From: Eledone cirrhosa
Lineage: Eukaryota
Assembly: GCA_964016885.1 (NCBI GenBank)
Contig: CAXHJY010000472.1
Span: forward strand, 1-64,000
Length of the DNA stretch: 64,000 bases
Direction: 5' to 3'
The position numbers were made by a program, and so were the translations under genes. Below are positions 1-17,681 of this stretch, piece by piece. The notes beneath the pieces are model-generated. The model ran no database searches, was not told the DNA's origin, and worked only from the letters and a program-made list of their open reading frames with translations. Position 1 is the stretch's first letter; each line of letters opens with the position of its first letter.

Positions 1-1075
<1,075 letters not shown>

Positions 1076-2968
1076 TACTCTTTTACTCTTTTACCTGTTT
1101 CAGCCATCCGGCTGAGGCCATGCTGGGGCACCGCCCTTGCTGCTACACACTTTATCTCCAGCCTGTATAGGTTGGCCACTGTTGTAGGAGGGAGTTTGTT
1201 GCTGCTGCCCTTAGGTTTCCCTCGTGTCTTGCTGTGGGCTCATCCGGGATCCTGGATAACAAGGTGTCGAGATGTTTCTTAAAGACATCCACCTCCACGT
1301 CATGCAAGTCTCGCAGATGCCTCGGCAGCCTGTTGAAGAGTTGAGGGCCCTTGAATCCCAGGCTATTGCAATACCTGCTCCTTATTCTAGATGTGGAAGA
1401 CGGGACCTTTGGCACCACACAGTGACGTCCTGTTCGACGGTTGGTCCAGCTCCCAATGCCAAAGTTTGGTGCTAGTCCCTCCAGGATTTTCCACATGTAG
1501 ATCACTGCGTATCTCTCCCGTCTTCGCTCCAAGGAGTAGAGGTTCAGTTCCTTCAGCCTCTCCCAGTAGCTTGTCTCCCTCATCTTGGCAATCCTCTTGG
1601 TGTAGCTTCGCTGGATTGCCTCAAGCTCTGTGGTTAGTTTGACACTATGGGGTGACCACAGCTGGGAGCAGTAGTCCAGGCGGCTTAGGACAAAAGTCCT
1701 ACACAGTGTCAACATGGTGTCTCGATCTCTTGTAAGGAAAGTCCTCAAGATCCAGCCAGCGAATCGTCTATATGCTGTCGCCACCTTCATGATGTGTGAA
1801 GAAAAAGATGCATCATCGCTCATGTCTATGCCCAGGTCTCGTATCGATTTTGACACGGGGATATCGGTCCCTCCTGGTCCTGTGTAGCTGTGTTCCGCTA
1901 TATTTGTGTTTGTGTTTGCAGGTTTGTATTGTAGGGCTTGGAATTTGCCAGCATTAAACTGCATGTTGTTTTCTTCCGCCCATCTGTATATGGCATCCAG
2001 ATCCTGCTGTAAGAGGGCAGTGTCAGCCGGGTTTTTGATTGCCTGTGCTACCTTAGTGTCATCAGCATAGCTAGTGAGGGATGTTGTTGCATGCACCACA
2101 GAGGGCATGTCCGAGAGAGCCACCAAAAACAGTAGTGGTCCCAGGACTGTCCCCTGAGGCACCCCACTTGTTATCGGTGTTTCCCTCGAGAGAGCCCCAT
2201 TTGCTGCGACTGCCTGGCTTCTGTCCCTCAGGAAGCCATGCAGCCACTCACCTACTTTTCCAGTTATGCCGAGTCCGTGTAGTTTGTGACATATCATTCC
2301 GTGGTCGACCTTGTCAAAGGCCTTCGCAAAGTCAAGATATATCACGTCTACATGTGAGCTGTCTAGTAGCTGTCTCAGTACCCAGTCGTAGTGATGTAGC
2401 AGCTGTGTAAGGCAGCTTCTTCCTGGGCGGAAGCCATGTTGCGTGCTAGTCAGGCGGTCATTTTCTTCGAGGAAAGTGATTAGTTTCTTTCTGACGACTC
2501 GCTCCATGACCTTACTGATATGCGACGTCAGGGAGACTGGCCTATAGTTCTTGGCCTCCGCTCTACTACCTCCTTTATGGATAGGGCATATTGTGCCTTC
2601 TTTCAGCTCCCTGGGTAGTACACCGCTAGCCAAGGAGCTTCTGAAGAGCATCTTCAGTGGAGTTGCTAAGGCCCGCTTACATATTTTTAGGAGAACTGCT
2701 GGGAATCCATCAGGTCCAGCAGCCGAGTCTGTTCTAATTTCATCAATGGCGTACACCACATCCTCCTCCGTTATGTCTATGTGGTTGATGGTTGCCATTT
2801 CTTGATGTAGTGTTGTGGCATCAAAGAACTCCTCTGGCTTCGTTATTTGCATGTGCCTCAGTGGACATGTGAAGACACTTTTGTACTGTTCATTCAGTAT
2901 TTCACATATCTCTTGGGGATTTTCGGTTAATGAACAGTCCGTGTGGAAGAGTGGTCGAATCTTGCAGT
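1076..2968 (-). mobile_element. 5'-truncated CR1-group (CR1/L2-like) LINE inserted in (TA)n
   Basis: RT ORF, then a short 3' UTR with hairpin TCAGCC-GGAT-GGCTGA and (GTAAAAGA)n tail on the minus strand; flanked by (TA)n on both sides. Confidence 0.88.
1152..2968 (-). CDS. Non-LTR reverse transcriptase, C-terminal part of ORF2; endonuclease lost by 5' truncation
   Basis: Motifs [45 protein letters not shown]1-like SLERRRER. The frame stays open upstream of the Met at 2852 to the (TA)n junction (HCKIRPLF...NEQYKSVFT). Confidence 0.92.
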
Positions 2969-4824
<1,856 letters not shown>

Positions 4825-5013
4825 TGTAGATAAATCTACCAAGAGTTTACGGTAGTGTCCAATCCGTATGAAGAACTCAATGTATTCCGGATATCATGGA
4901 AACAAGAGATGTAATGAAAAATCACTTTCGGTGAAAGATAAACGGTATACAGAGTCAAGATAAAATATTAAACAAATAATGAATAAACAATTCCTTATAT
5001 TAAACAAAAAAAG

Positions 5014-5167
5014 TTCATTATTTAACGATCGTTTCTAGGATATATATGTGTTAGAATTGGTATGCATATTCAACAGATCTATGTACAAAATTATACAAAA
5101 TTATACAAATTATCAAGATTAAATATACATACCAACACATATATACGCCGTCTTCAGAAATAATGAA
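5014..5167 (-). ncRNA. Type I hammerhead ribozyme with long stem II, PLE pLTR
   Basis: Reverse complement of the motif at 17682-17836. Confidence 0.72.
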
Positions 5168-6046
5168 GTATATTTATTGATAATAACAACAATTCAAAAT
5201 TTCAGGTCCGTTTGGGAACAAAATTGACCAATGAAAACACAAAGGGTTAAATGCAGTTCGGTGTGTGTATATACATGTAAAACCCTTACACATATGTTAC
5301 AAAAATGTATGTATAATTTGTATACGCATACTAAAAGGATGGATGCAAATACAAAATTTCAAGGTTAATGTCTCTGTAAGTTTATAGTGCACAGATAAGA
5401 TGCGTATTGACACTTATGAAATTAAGTATATAAATATATTTTTTCATACTCACACATATCCGTACAATCACACATACACGCGCGTATATGCATAAATATA
5501 CACATAACCACGAACATACAAACACACACACACCCCCTCTCACATTTATATATGTGGATATAAAATCATAAGCACATGGATATTAATTCACTCACATAAA
5601 ACACTGGCACACACATTTTTAGATCAAGATACAGAAGTTAGGTGGGAGGGGGGGGGGGGAGAGGTCAGTATTCAACGGTCTGAGCAGACTGCCTAATATA
5701 GATGTATCTATAAACTAAGAAAATAAAAAATAATAAATAAACATTAAAGAGGAAAGAATAGAAAGAGAACAGAAAAAAGAAAAAAGAAAAAAGAAATATA
5801 TCAAGAAAATAAATATATATATATACAAATATACACATACATATATATATATATATACACACACATATATACATATAATATACATATATATACACATAGA
5901 CACACACACATACATACATAAATATACACACATATACAAACACATCCATACATATACACACATCCACACTAAGAACATACATACACACACATATATAAAC
6001 ATATACATATACACACATACATACATATACACATATACATACAAAT

Positions 6047-6101
<55 letters not shown>

Positions 6102-6475
6102 CATATGTATATACACGTACATATACACACACATATACATATAATCACACATACTATATAGACACAGATATATATAACCACACACATACATGCACATATA
6201 TAACACTTACATACTAATATACATACAGATATACACATACATAGCTATATATACACACAAATATATACAGACTTACATATATACATACAGACAAATACTT
6301 ACGCATCTATATATCGGTGTATACATACAAACACCACTACACTATCACACAACTTAGAAATACAAAGAGAAAGGTATATACCTATACACACATACATATA
6401 CAAATAGAAAAACATATAGATATATATATATATATACATATATACACACACATATACACATACATATATATATAT

Positions 6476-6513
<38 letters not shown>

Positions 6514-6751
6514 CACATACACATACACACACATACACATATACACACATACATACATGTACACACACATAGAAATATTTACGCATACACACATACACAC
6601 ATACATATAAAGTCATACACACACATACACCTACACGAACATACACATACACATATATAAAGATATATATACACACACACACACACAACACATACACACA
6701 TACACATATATATAAAAAATAAATAATAAAGATATATACATATATATATAC

Positions 6752-6796
<45 letters not shown>

Positions 6797-7151
6797 CACC
6801 TAAATATACATACACATACATACACACATACATAGACATACATGTACATACATACACGTACATCGATATACATACATATATATATACACACATAGACATA
6901 TACATACATACACACACAACTTACATACACACATATATATACATGTATATTCATACATAGAATTAGATATATAATCATACATACATATGCACTTACTTAT
7001 ACTCATATATACAAATACATACGCATCCATATATGCGTATATACATAAAAACACCACTACAACCTCACATAACTCAGACATACAAATAAAAATAATAATA
7101 AAAAGGCATATGTATATACATATATACACGCATTAATAGAGATATATATAT

Positions 7152-7204
<53 letters not shown>

Positions 7205-7306
7205 CATACACACATACATTCATACATATATATATATAGATACCCACACACTCATACCACCATAAATACACATACAAACACCCACATATACATATATATA
7301 CACACG

Positions 7307-7338
<32 letters not shown>

Positions 7339-7455
7339 TAAAAAACAGACATGCACATATATATATATTTTTTTACACTTATATATACACATATTATATA
7401 CACATACACAACCTCACATATACACACATACACATAAGTTATATTATAATAATAA

Positions 7456-7520
<65 letters not shown>

Positions 7521-7584
7521 CATATAAACATATACATACATATATACACACATACAAATATAGACATATATTCACACATAGACA

Positions 7585-7652
<68 letters not shown>

Positions 7653-9077
7653 TATACACAGACACATATACACACTCACATATATATGTGTGTGCACACA
7701 CACATATATACACACATACATATATATATATATACATACACATATACATATACACATTCACATACACATACATATATACATGCATATATACACATATATA
7801 CATACATACACACACTCATATATACACACACAATCTTACATTCATATTTGCATGCGCATATATGTATTTTTATATTTAGATATAAATACCCAAACCTATA
7901 TAGACACCTACCTACATATATATTCATACATACACGCTTACAAATACAGATGATAATAGTATGGGGAAAGGGGGGGTTTGGAGAAGGGGATCATAGTAAA
8001 TATATGTTTCAAGAAACATAGAATATTTTCCGTATCTTTATCCAATGTATGTTTTTACATAGTTTCAGTGTTAGGAAATACAACAAACAAGAACTAAGGC
8101 AAAATCTATGCATCTCAAAATAAACAAGTATACCATTAACTATATGTTAACTAAACCAAAGATAGTTAACATATTGATTTCTAAGGTGTAAATTAGTTAG
8201 GTTTATAATATTTGAAGCAGAATTTTGAAGTTAAATAGTAGTAGAGTATTAATTATAGTATAACTAAATTAAAGTTAATAACGTTATGGTATCAATATTA
8301 GGAAATGAATTTAGTAATAGGGAAAAAACAAATAAAATAAAGTATTACATCGGTAGTAGAATATAAATTATAGGTTAACTAAATTAAAAATTATATATTT
8401 ATTTCTATAGTATATGTTAATTAGGTATATAATACATAAAGCAGATATTGTATTTTATCAATAGCATAATATAATTATATGCAAATAGAAATCAAAATTA
8501 ATACATATACATATACATACACATACATATATACATATATATACACATATATATATATACATATATACACATATACATACACACACACATACACATACAC
8601 ATATACATATACATATCTTTTTCAAAAAATTGCATAGAATATATTAACTAGGTATATATCCAAAACACATCCCATTCTATGATTACATGACATTCTGCAA
8701 TTCGTCTGTATAAGGATATTAATTTTAAGCAAATTAAAATTAAATTTTTAGGTTGATTAAAATTAAAACCAAATTATAAATATATTTCTAAAATGTATAT
8801 TAATTAGGTCTATAATACTAAAAATTATTTCTCTGTCATTGGATACACGATATTATTTTGTTATATTTTATCTGTAAAAGAATTATAATAAAAGGTTTAA
8901 ATAAATTAAAATTAATCTATAAATTAAATTACTAAGTATATATTAGTAATATTTAAAGGTTTTTCACAATTTATGATTACATAATATTTTATATTCTCAT
9001 CTGTAATAAAATTTTAATTAAATTAAATTTATAGGTTAACTAACATTTAAATTAAATTAATTTCTAAAATAATGTTA

Positions 9078-10670
9078 TTAATTAGGTTTATAATATTTAA
9101 ATGTTTTTTTTAGTTTATGATTACACGATATAATTAATTCCTGTCGTTTATTTAATAAGATATCCTTAGACTTCATTATTTCAAATAGTTCTTGGGAACA
9201 TAATCTACATTCATTTCTATTATTTTGATAAGGGGTGGCTCTTTTGAGCACACTCCAGGTCAAATCATATTCTATATTCTTATTTTTATAACTATTGATT
9301 TTTTCTGCTAGAGATGTTGTATTAGCCAGTGCGGCATTTTTAAAACTATGCTTGTGGGTATTAAACCTTGTCTTAAAATTATTAGAGGTAGCTCCTATAT
9401 ATGAGCAAATAGAATCTTTAGTTTTAACATTACATTTATAGACTATGTTGTTAACAAGACAATTCCCTTTTAATGGGCAGTTTGCTTTGTTTCTACAGTT
9501 ACATCCTTTCGTTAATTCTGTATTTGAGGAGATATTATGGTTAATTTGATGTACTGGTGGTATACTTATGGTTTTCTTACATTTATATGCATTATATGCA
9601 CTTATATTTTGTTTTATGTTATTTGTTGTAGAGTATGAGAATTTAACTGTAGACCTATTTAAGATTTGATGGTATTTGTGGTTTGGCGGGAAGTTTTTCT
9701 CAAGGATATAAAAAAATTTTTTAGCAATATTATCCTTAACTTGTAAATTAAAAGGAGCATTATACCAAGTAACCCGTCTATTACGGTTTCTATGTTGTTT
9801 ATTATTTTTATTATTTTTATAGGTTGTATCGTGATTTTTACTAGGAGGATTAATGTTAATGATCTCACCACAACTATTTTTAGTTATATTTGTAGATTTA
9901 GGTGTTTTATCCTTTTTATTAGGAGTTTTATTATTAATATTTATTAGAGTTGTATGATGAGTAGTTTTTTGAGAGTTACTATACTTTATATTAGAAGATT
10001 TGGTATTTTGGGGTATAGTGTGGGTGGCATTTATGTGTGTACTTTTCATTTGGTGTTTGTTGGTAATATTATGTTGTATGCTTTCAGTATTTTTAGTAGA
10101 AGGTATATACTCTAATCTATTTTTGTGGCCACTTCTATCTAGAGCTTCGTTATAGAAGGTCGCATTTTTATCAAATACATCTTGGTTAGAAGAAAGGTTA
10201 GAAATTCTAAGTGATATATTATATGCAAGGTTTTTAAGGATAGATTTAGGGTGATTAGATTGTGAGTGTATGTAATGTAAGTTTTGGTTAGGTTTATGGT
10301 AAGGTTGGTAGATACCCGTAGCTAAATCTAAAGTTATATCTAGGAAATTTACTACTTTACTTGTTTTTTCAAAAGTAATATTAAGATTATAATAGTCTTT
10401 AAGGAAAGTTCTAATATGTTTTTTGTTTTTTTCAATTTCTGAAAGGCTAAGGTTGTTAGAAAGAAGAAGACAGTCATCACGGTATAAACCACCTTTGAGG
10501 TGGGGAAAAGAGGCATTTATGTTGAAAAGGAGAAAGAGGCCCACAAGATCAGTAATTTGGGCGGAATCGCTTGAACCCATAGTAATATCAAAAAGATTAC
10601 TATATGTGTTTCTGGTCCAGTATTCATTCTGAAATTCAATAAGTGTTAGTCTAGCATGTGTAATAATATT
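9078..10670 (-). CDS. PLE RT + GIY-YIG polyprotein, 5'-truncated (uninterrupted frame)
   Basis: FDITMGSSDSA, GGLYRDD, NFLDITLDL, PYHKPN, CNCRxxxxCPLxGxC, IVY...YIG, CRLC...CNH. The first ~38 aa of the called ORF (to 10784) are antisense pLTR. Confidence 0.92.
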   Translation of the reverse strand, partial: NIITHARLTLIEFQNEYWTRNTYSNLFDITMGSSDSAQITDLVGLFLLFNINASFPHLKGGLYRDDCLLLSNNLSLSEIEKNKKHIRTFLKDYYNLNITFEKTSKVVNFLDITLDLATGIYQPYHKPNQNLHYIHSQSNHPKSILKNLAYNISLRISNLSSNQDVFDKNATFYNEALDRSGHKNRLEYIPSTKNTESIQHNITNKHQMKSTHINATHTIPQNTKSSNIKYSNSQKTTHHTTLININNKTPNKKDKTPKSTNITKNSCGEIININPPSKNHDTTYKNNKNNKQHRNRNRRVTWYNAPFNLQVKDNIAKKFFYILEKNFPPNHKYHQILNRSTVKFSYSTTNNIKQNISAYNAYKCKKTISIPPVHQINHNISSNTELTKGCNCRNKANCPLKGNCLVNNIVYKCNVKTKDSICSYIGATSNNFKTRFNTHKHSFKNAALANTTSLAEKINSYKNKNIEYDLTWSVLKRATPYQNNRNECRLCSQELFEIMKSKDILLNKRQELIISCNHKLKKTFKYYKPN

Positions 10671-10881
10671 AACAGAGACATTAACCTTGAAATTTTGTAT
10701 TTGCATCCATCCTTTTAGTATGCGTATACAAATTATACATACATTTTTGTAAAATATGTGTAAGGGTTTTACATGTATATACACACACCGAACTGCATTT
10801 AACCCTTTGTGTTTTCATTGGTCAATTTTGTTCCCAAACGGACCTGAAATTTTGAATTGTTGTTATTATCAATAAATATAC

Positions 10882-11035
10882 TTCATTATTTCTGAAGACG
10901 GCGTATATATGTGTTGGTATGTATATTTAATCTTGATAATTTGTATAATTTTGTATAATTTTGTACATAGATCTGTTGAATATGCATACCAATTCTAACA
11001 CATATATATCCTAGAAACGATCGTTAAATAATGAA
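10882..11035 (+). ncRNA. Type I hammerhead ribozyme with long stem II, inverted pLTR
   Basis: TTCATTATTT-CTGAAGA...GAAA-CGATCG-TT-AAATAATGAA. Confidence 0.72.
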
Positions 11036-11088
11036 CTTTTTTTGTTTAATATAAGGAATTGTTTATTCATTATTTGTTTAATATTTTA

Positions 11089-11293
<205 letters not shown>

Positions 11294-11338
11294 TAAACAA
11301 ATAATGAATAAACAATTCCTTATATTAAACAAAAAAAG

Positions 11339-11493
11339 TTCATTATTTAACGATCGTTTCTAGGATATATATGTGTTAGAATTGGTATGCATATTTAACA
11401 GATCTATGTACAAAATTATACAAAATTATACAAATTATCAAGATTAAATATACATACCAAACACATATATACGCCGTCTTCAGAAATAATGAA
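11339..11493 (-). ncRNA. Type I hammerhead ribozyme with long stem II
   Basis: Reverse complement of the motif at 17682-17836. Confidence 0.72.
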
Positions 11494-12179
11494 GTATATT
11501 TATTGATAATAACAACAATTCAAAATTTCAGTTCAAAATTGACCAATGAAAACACAAAGGGTTAAATGCAGTTCGGTGTGTGTATATACATGTAAAACCC
11601 TTACACATATTTTACAAAAATGTATGTATAATTTGTATACGCATACTAAAAGGATGGATGCAAATACAAAATTTCAAGGTTAATGTCTCTGTAAGCTTAC
11701 AATGCGCAGATAAGATGCGTATTGACACTTATGAAGTCAAGTATATAAATATATTTTTTCATACTCACACATATCCGTACAATCACACATACACGCGCGT
11801 ATATGCATAAATATACACATAACCACGAACATACAAACACACACACACCCCCACTCACATTTATATATGTGGATATAAAATCATAAGCACATGGATATTA
11901 ATTCACTCACATAAAACACTGGCACACACATTTTTAGATCAAGATACAGAAATTAGGTGGGAGGGGGGGGGGAGGGGTCAGTATTCAACTGTCTGAGCAG
12001 ACTGCCTAATATAAATGTATCTATAAACTAAGAAAGATAAAAAAATAAAACAATAAAATATAATAAATAAAACATTAAAGAGGAAAGAATAGAAAGAAAA
12101 ACAGAAAAAAGAAAAAAGAAAAAAGAAAAAAGAAATATATCAAGAAAATAAATATATATATATATATATACACATATAT

Positions 12180-12224
<45 letters not shown>

Positions 12225-12797
12225 TACATATATATATATACAAAAACATATATATATATACACATAGACACACACATATCCATACATAAATATACACACA
12301 TATATAAACACATACATACATATACACACATCCACACTAAGAACATACATATACACACATATATAAACATATACATATACACACATACATACATATACAC
12401 ATATACATACAAATACACATACATATATATATACACATACATATATACACACATATATATACATACATATACATATATATATGTACATACACGTACATAT
12501 ACACACACATATACATATAATTACACATACTATATAGACACAGATATATATAACCACACACATACATGCACATATACAACACTTACATACTAATATACAT
12601 ACAGATATACACATACATAGCTATATATACACACAAATATATACAGACTTACATATATACACATACAGACAAATACTTACGCATCTATATATCGGTATAT
12701 ACATACAAACACCACTACACTATCACACAGCTTAGAAATACAAAGAGAAAGGTATATACCTATACACACATACATATACAAATAGAAAAACATATAG

Positions 12798-12828
<31 letters not shown>

Positions 12829-12861
12829 CACACACATATACATATAGATATATATATATAT

Positions 12862-12903
<42 letters not shown>

Positions 12904-13141
12904 CAAATACACATACATACACATACAGATATATACACATACATACATGTACACACACATAGAAATGTTTACGCATATACACATATACACATACATATAC
13001 AGTCATACACACACATACACCTACACGAACATACACATACACATATATAAAGATATATATATACACACACACACACGCAACACATACACACATACACATA
13101 TATATAAAAAATAAATAATAAAGATATATACATATATATAT

Positions 13142-13196
<55 letters not shown>

Positions 13197-13882
13197 CACC
13201 TAAATATACATACACATACATACACACATACATAGACATACATGTACATACATATACGTACATCGATATACATATATATATATATATATATACACACACA
13301 TAGACATATAGATACATACACACACAACTTACATACACACATATATATACATGTATATTCATACATAGAATTAGATATATAATCATACATACATATGCAC
13401 TTACTTATACTCATATATACAAATACATACGCATCCATATATGCGTATATACATAAAAAACCACTACAACCTCACCTAACTCAGACATACAAATAAAAAT
13501 AATAATAAAAAGGCATATGTATATACATACACACACGCATTAATAGAGATATATATATACACACATACATACACATATATATATATATATATATATACAC
13601 ATACATATATATATATATATACACACATACACTCATACATATATATATATATATACACATAGATATCCACACACTCATACCACCATAAATACACATACAA
13701 ACACCCACATATACATATATATACACACGTATATATATATATATATATATACACACACATAAAAAACAGACATGCACATATATATATATTTTTTTACACT
13801 TATATATACACATATTATATACACATACACAACCTCACTTATACACATATACACATAAGTTATATTATAATAATAAAGAATA

Positions 13883-13929
<47 letters not shown>

Positions 13930-14019
13930 CATACATACATACATATACATACATACATATAAACATATACATACATAAATACACACATACGAATATAGAC
14001 ATATATTCACACATAGACA

Positions 14020-14098
<79 letters not shown>

Positions 14099-15217
14099 AT
14101 ATACACAGACACATATACACACTCACATATATACATGTGTGTGTGTGCACACACACATATATACACACACACACACACATACACATAAACACATACATAT
14201 GCATACATGCACACACACACACATATATCACATAGATACGAAGATAGACATATAAATAGAGAGACATACATATATATACAACACACATACACACACATAC
14301 ATACACACGCATATACATATACATATATATATACATATATATATTCCTACATATACATGCATACATATATATACACATATATACACATACATACACATAT
14401 ACGTACACACATTCACATACACATACATATATACATGCATATATACTCATATATACATACATACACACACTCATATATACACACACAATCTTACATTCAT
14501 ATTTGCATGCGCATATATGTATTTTTATATTTAGATATAAATACCCAAACCTATATAGACACCTACCTACATATATATTCATACATAGACGCTTACAAAT
14601 ACAGATGATAATAGTATGGGGGAAAGGGGGGGGGTTTGGAGAAGGGGATCAAAGTAAATATATGTTTCAAGAAACATAGAATATTTTCTGTATCTTTATC
14701 CAATGTATGTTCTTACATATTTTCAGTGTTAGGAAATACAAGAAACAAGAACTAAGGCAAAATCTATGCATCTCAAAATAAACAAGTATACCATTAATCA
14801 TATGTTAAACTAAACCAAAGATAGTCAACATATTGATTTCTAAGGTGTAAATTAGTTAGGTTTATAATATTTGAAGCAGAATTTTGAAGTTAAACAGTAG
14901 TAGAGTATTAATTACAGTATAACTAAATTAAAGTTAATAACGTTATGGTATCAATATTAGGAAATGAATTTAGTAATAGGGAAAAAAAACACAAATAAAA
15001 ATAAAATAAAGTATTACATCGGAAGTAGAATATAAATTATAGGTTAACTAAATTAAAAATTGTATATTTATTTCAATAGTATATGTTAATTAGGTATACA
15101 ATACATAAAGCAGATATTGTATTTCATCAATAGCATAATATAATTATATGCAAATAGAAATCAAAATTAATACGCATACATATACATATACATACACATA
15201 CATATATACATATATAT

Positions 15218-15262
<45 letters not shown>

Positions 15263-15781
15263 TACATACACATATACATACACACACACACATACACATA
15301 CACATATACATATACATATCTTTATCAAAAAATTGCATAGAATATATTAACTAGGTATATATCCAAAACACATCCCATTCTATGATTACATGACATTCTG
15401 CAATTCGTCTGTATAAGGATACTAATTTTAAGCAAATTAAAATTAAAATTTTTAGGTTGATTAAAACTAAAACCAAATAATAAATATATTTCTAAAATGT
15501 ATATTAATTAGGTCTATAATACTAAAAATTATTTCTCTGTCATTGGATACACGATATTATTTTGTTATATTTTATCTGTAAAAGAATTATAATAAAAGGT
15601 TTAAATAAATTTAAATTAATCTATAAATTAAATTACTAAGTATATATTAGTAATATTTAAAGGTTTTTCACAATTTATGATTACATAATATTTTATATTC
15701 TCATCTGTAATAAAATTTTAATTAAATTAAATTTATAGGTTAACTAACATTTAAATTAAATTAATTTCTAAAATAATGTTA

Positions 15782-17290
15782 TTAATTAGGTTTATAATAT
15801 TTAAATGTTTTTTTTAGTTTATGATTACACGATATAACTAATTCCTGTCGTTTATTTAATAAGATATCCTTAGACTTCATTATTTCAAATAGTTCTTGGG
15901 AACATAATCTACATTCATTTCTATTATTTTGATAAGGGGTGGCTCTTTTGAGCACACTCCAGGTCAAATCATATTTTATATTCTTATTTTTATAACTATT
16001 GATTTTTTCTGCTAGAGATGTTGTATTAGCCAGTGCGGCATTTTTAAAACTATGCTTGTGGGTATTAAACCTTGTCTTAAAATTGTTAGAGGTAGCTCCT
16101 ATATATGAGCAAATAGAATCTTTAGTTTTAACATTACATTTATAGACTATGTTGTTAACAAGACAATTCCCTTTTAATGGGCAGTTTGCTTTGTTTCTAC
16201 AGTTACATCCTTTCGTTAATTCTGTATTTGAGGAGATATTATGGTTAATTTGATGTACTGGTGGTATACTTATGGTTTTCTTACATTTATATGCATTATA
16301 TGCACTTATATTTTGTTTTATGTTATTTGTTGTAGAGTATGAGAATTTAACTTTAGACCTATTTAAGATTTGATGGTATTTGTGGTTTGGTGGGAAGTTT
16401 TTCTCAAGGATATAAAAAATTTTTTTAGCAATATTATCCTTAACTTGTAAATTAAAAGGAGCATTATACCAAGTAACCCGTCTATTACGGTTTCTATGTT
16501 GTTTATTATTTTTATTATTTTTATAGGTTGTATCGTGATTTTTACTAGGAGGATTAATGTTAATGATCTCACCACAACTATTTTTAGTTATATTTGTAGA
16601 TTTAGGTGTTTTATCCTTTTTATTAGGAGTTTTATTATTAATATTTATTAGAGTTGTATGATGAGTAGTTTTTTGAGAGTTACTATACTTTATATTAGAA
16701 GATTTGGTATTTTGGGGTATAGTGTGGGTGGCATTTATGTGTGTACTTTTCATTTGGTGTTTGTTGGTAATATTATGTTGTATGCTTTCAGTATTTTTAG
16801 TAGAAGGTATATACTCTAATCTATTTTTGTGGCCACTTCTATCTAGAGCTTCGTTATAGAAGGTCGCATTTTTATCAAATACATCTTGGTTAGAAGAAAG
16901 GTTAGAAATTCTAAGTGATATATTATATGCAAGGTTTTTAAGGATAGATTTAGGGTGATTAGATTGTGAGTGTATGTAATGTAAGTTTTGGTTAGGTTTA
17001 TGGTAAGGTTGGTAGATACCCGTAGCTAAATCTAAAGTTATATCTAGGAAATTTACTACTTTACTTGTTTTTTCAAAAGTAATATTAAGATTATAATAGT
17101 CTTTAAGGAAAGTTCTAATATGTTTTTTGTTTTTTTCAATTTCTGAAAGGCTAAGGTTGTTAGAAAGAAGAAGACAGTCATCACGGTATAAACCACCTTT
17201 GAGGTGGGGAAAAGAGGCATTTATGTTGAAAAGGAGAAAGAGGCCCACAAGATCAGTAATTTGGGCGGAATCGCTTGAACCCATAGTAAT
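15782..17290 (-). CDS. PLE RT (C-terminal half) + GIY-YIG, 5'-truncated
   Basis: 500-aa ORF near-identical to 9078-10670. Confidence 0.92.
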   Translation of the reverse strand: MTMGSSDSAQITDLVGLFLLFNINASFPHLKGGLYRDDCLLLSNNLSLSEIEKNKKHIRTFLKDYYNLNITFEKTSKVVNFLDITLDLATGIYQPYHKPNQNLHYIHSQSNHPKSILKNLAYNISLRISNLSSNQDVFDKNATFYNEALDRSGHKNRLEYIPSTKNTESIQHNITNKHQMKSTHINATHTIPQNTKSSNIKYSNSQKTTHHTTLININNKTPNKKDKTPKSTNITKNSCGEIININPPSKNHDTTYKNNKNNKQHRNRNRRVTWYNAPFNLQVKDNIAKKIFYILEKNFPPNHKYHQILNRSKVKFSYSTTNNIKQNISAYNAYKCKKTISIPPVHQINHNISSNTELTKGCNCRNKANCPLKGNCLVNNIVYKCNVKTKDSICSYIGATSNNFKTRFNTHKHSFKNAALANTTSLAEKINSYKNKNIKYDLTWSVLKRATPYQNNRNECRLCSQELFEIMKSKDILLNKRQELVISCNHKLKKTFKYYKPN

Positions 17291-17681
17291 ATGATTTTAT
17301 ATCCACATATATAAATGTGAGTGGGGGTGTGTGTGTGTTTGTATGTTCGTGGTTATGTGTATATTTATGCATATACGCGCGTGTATGTGTGATTGTACGG
17401 ATATGTGTGAGTATGAAAAAATATATTTATATACTTGACTTCATAAGTGTCAATACGCATCTTATCTGCGCATTGTAAGCTTACAGAGACATTAACCTTG
17501 AAATTTTGTATTTGCATCCATCCTTTTAGTATGCGTATACAAATTATACATACATTTTTGTAAAATATGTGTAAGGGTTTTACATGTATATACACACACC
17601 GAACTGCATTTAACCCTTTGTGTTTTCATTGGTCAATTTTGAACTGAAATTTTGAATTGTTGTTATTATCAATAAATATAC

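Larger units (their letters stand above)
4825..11088 (-). mobile_element. PLE (Naiad-like) insertion A: 5'-truncated copy (4825-10672, -) joined to an inverted pLTR fragment (10672-11088, +)
   Basis: RT/GIY-YIG ORF, long 3' UTR and pLTR homologous to 17292-25194; 10672-11088 is the reverse complement of about 4960-5376. Confidence 0.92.

Noticed and set aside
10671-10784. N-terminus MYIHVKPLH... of the 568-aa ORF and the matching 76-aa ORFs
   Set aside because: Antisense pLTR sequence fused at the inversion junction; the true N-terminus is at 18182
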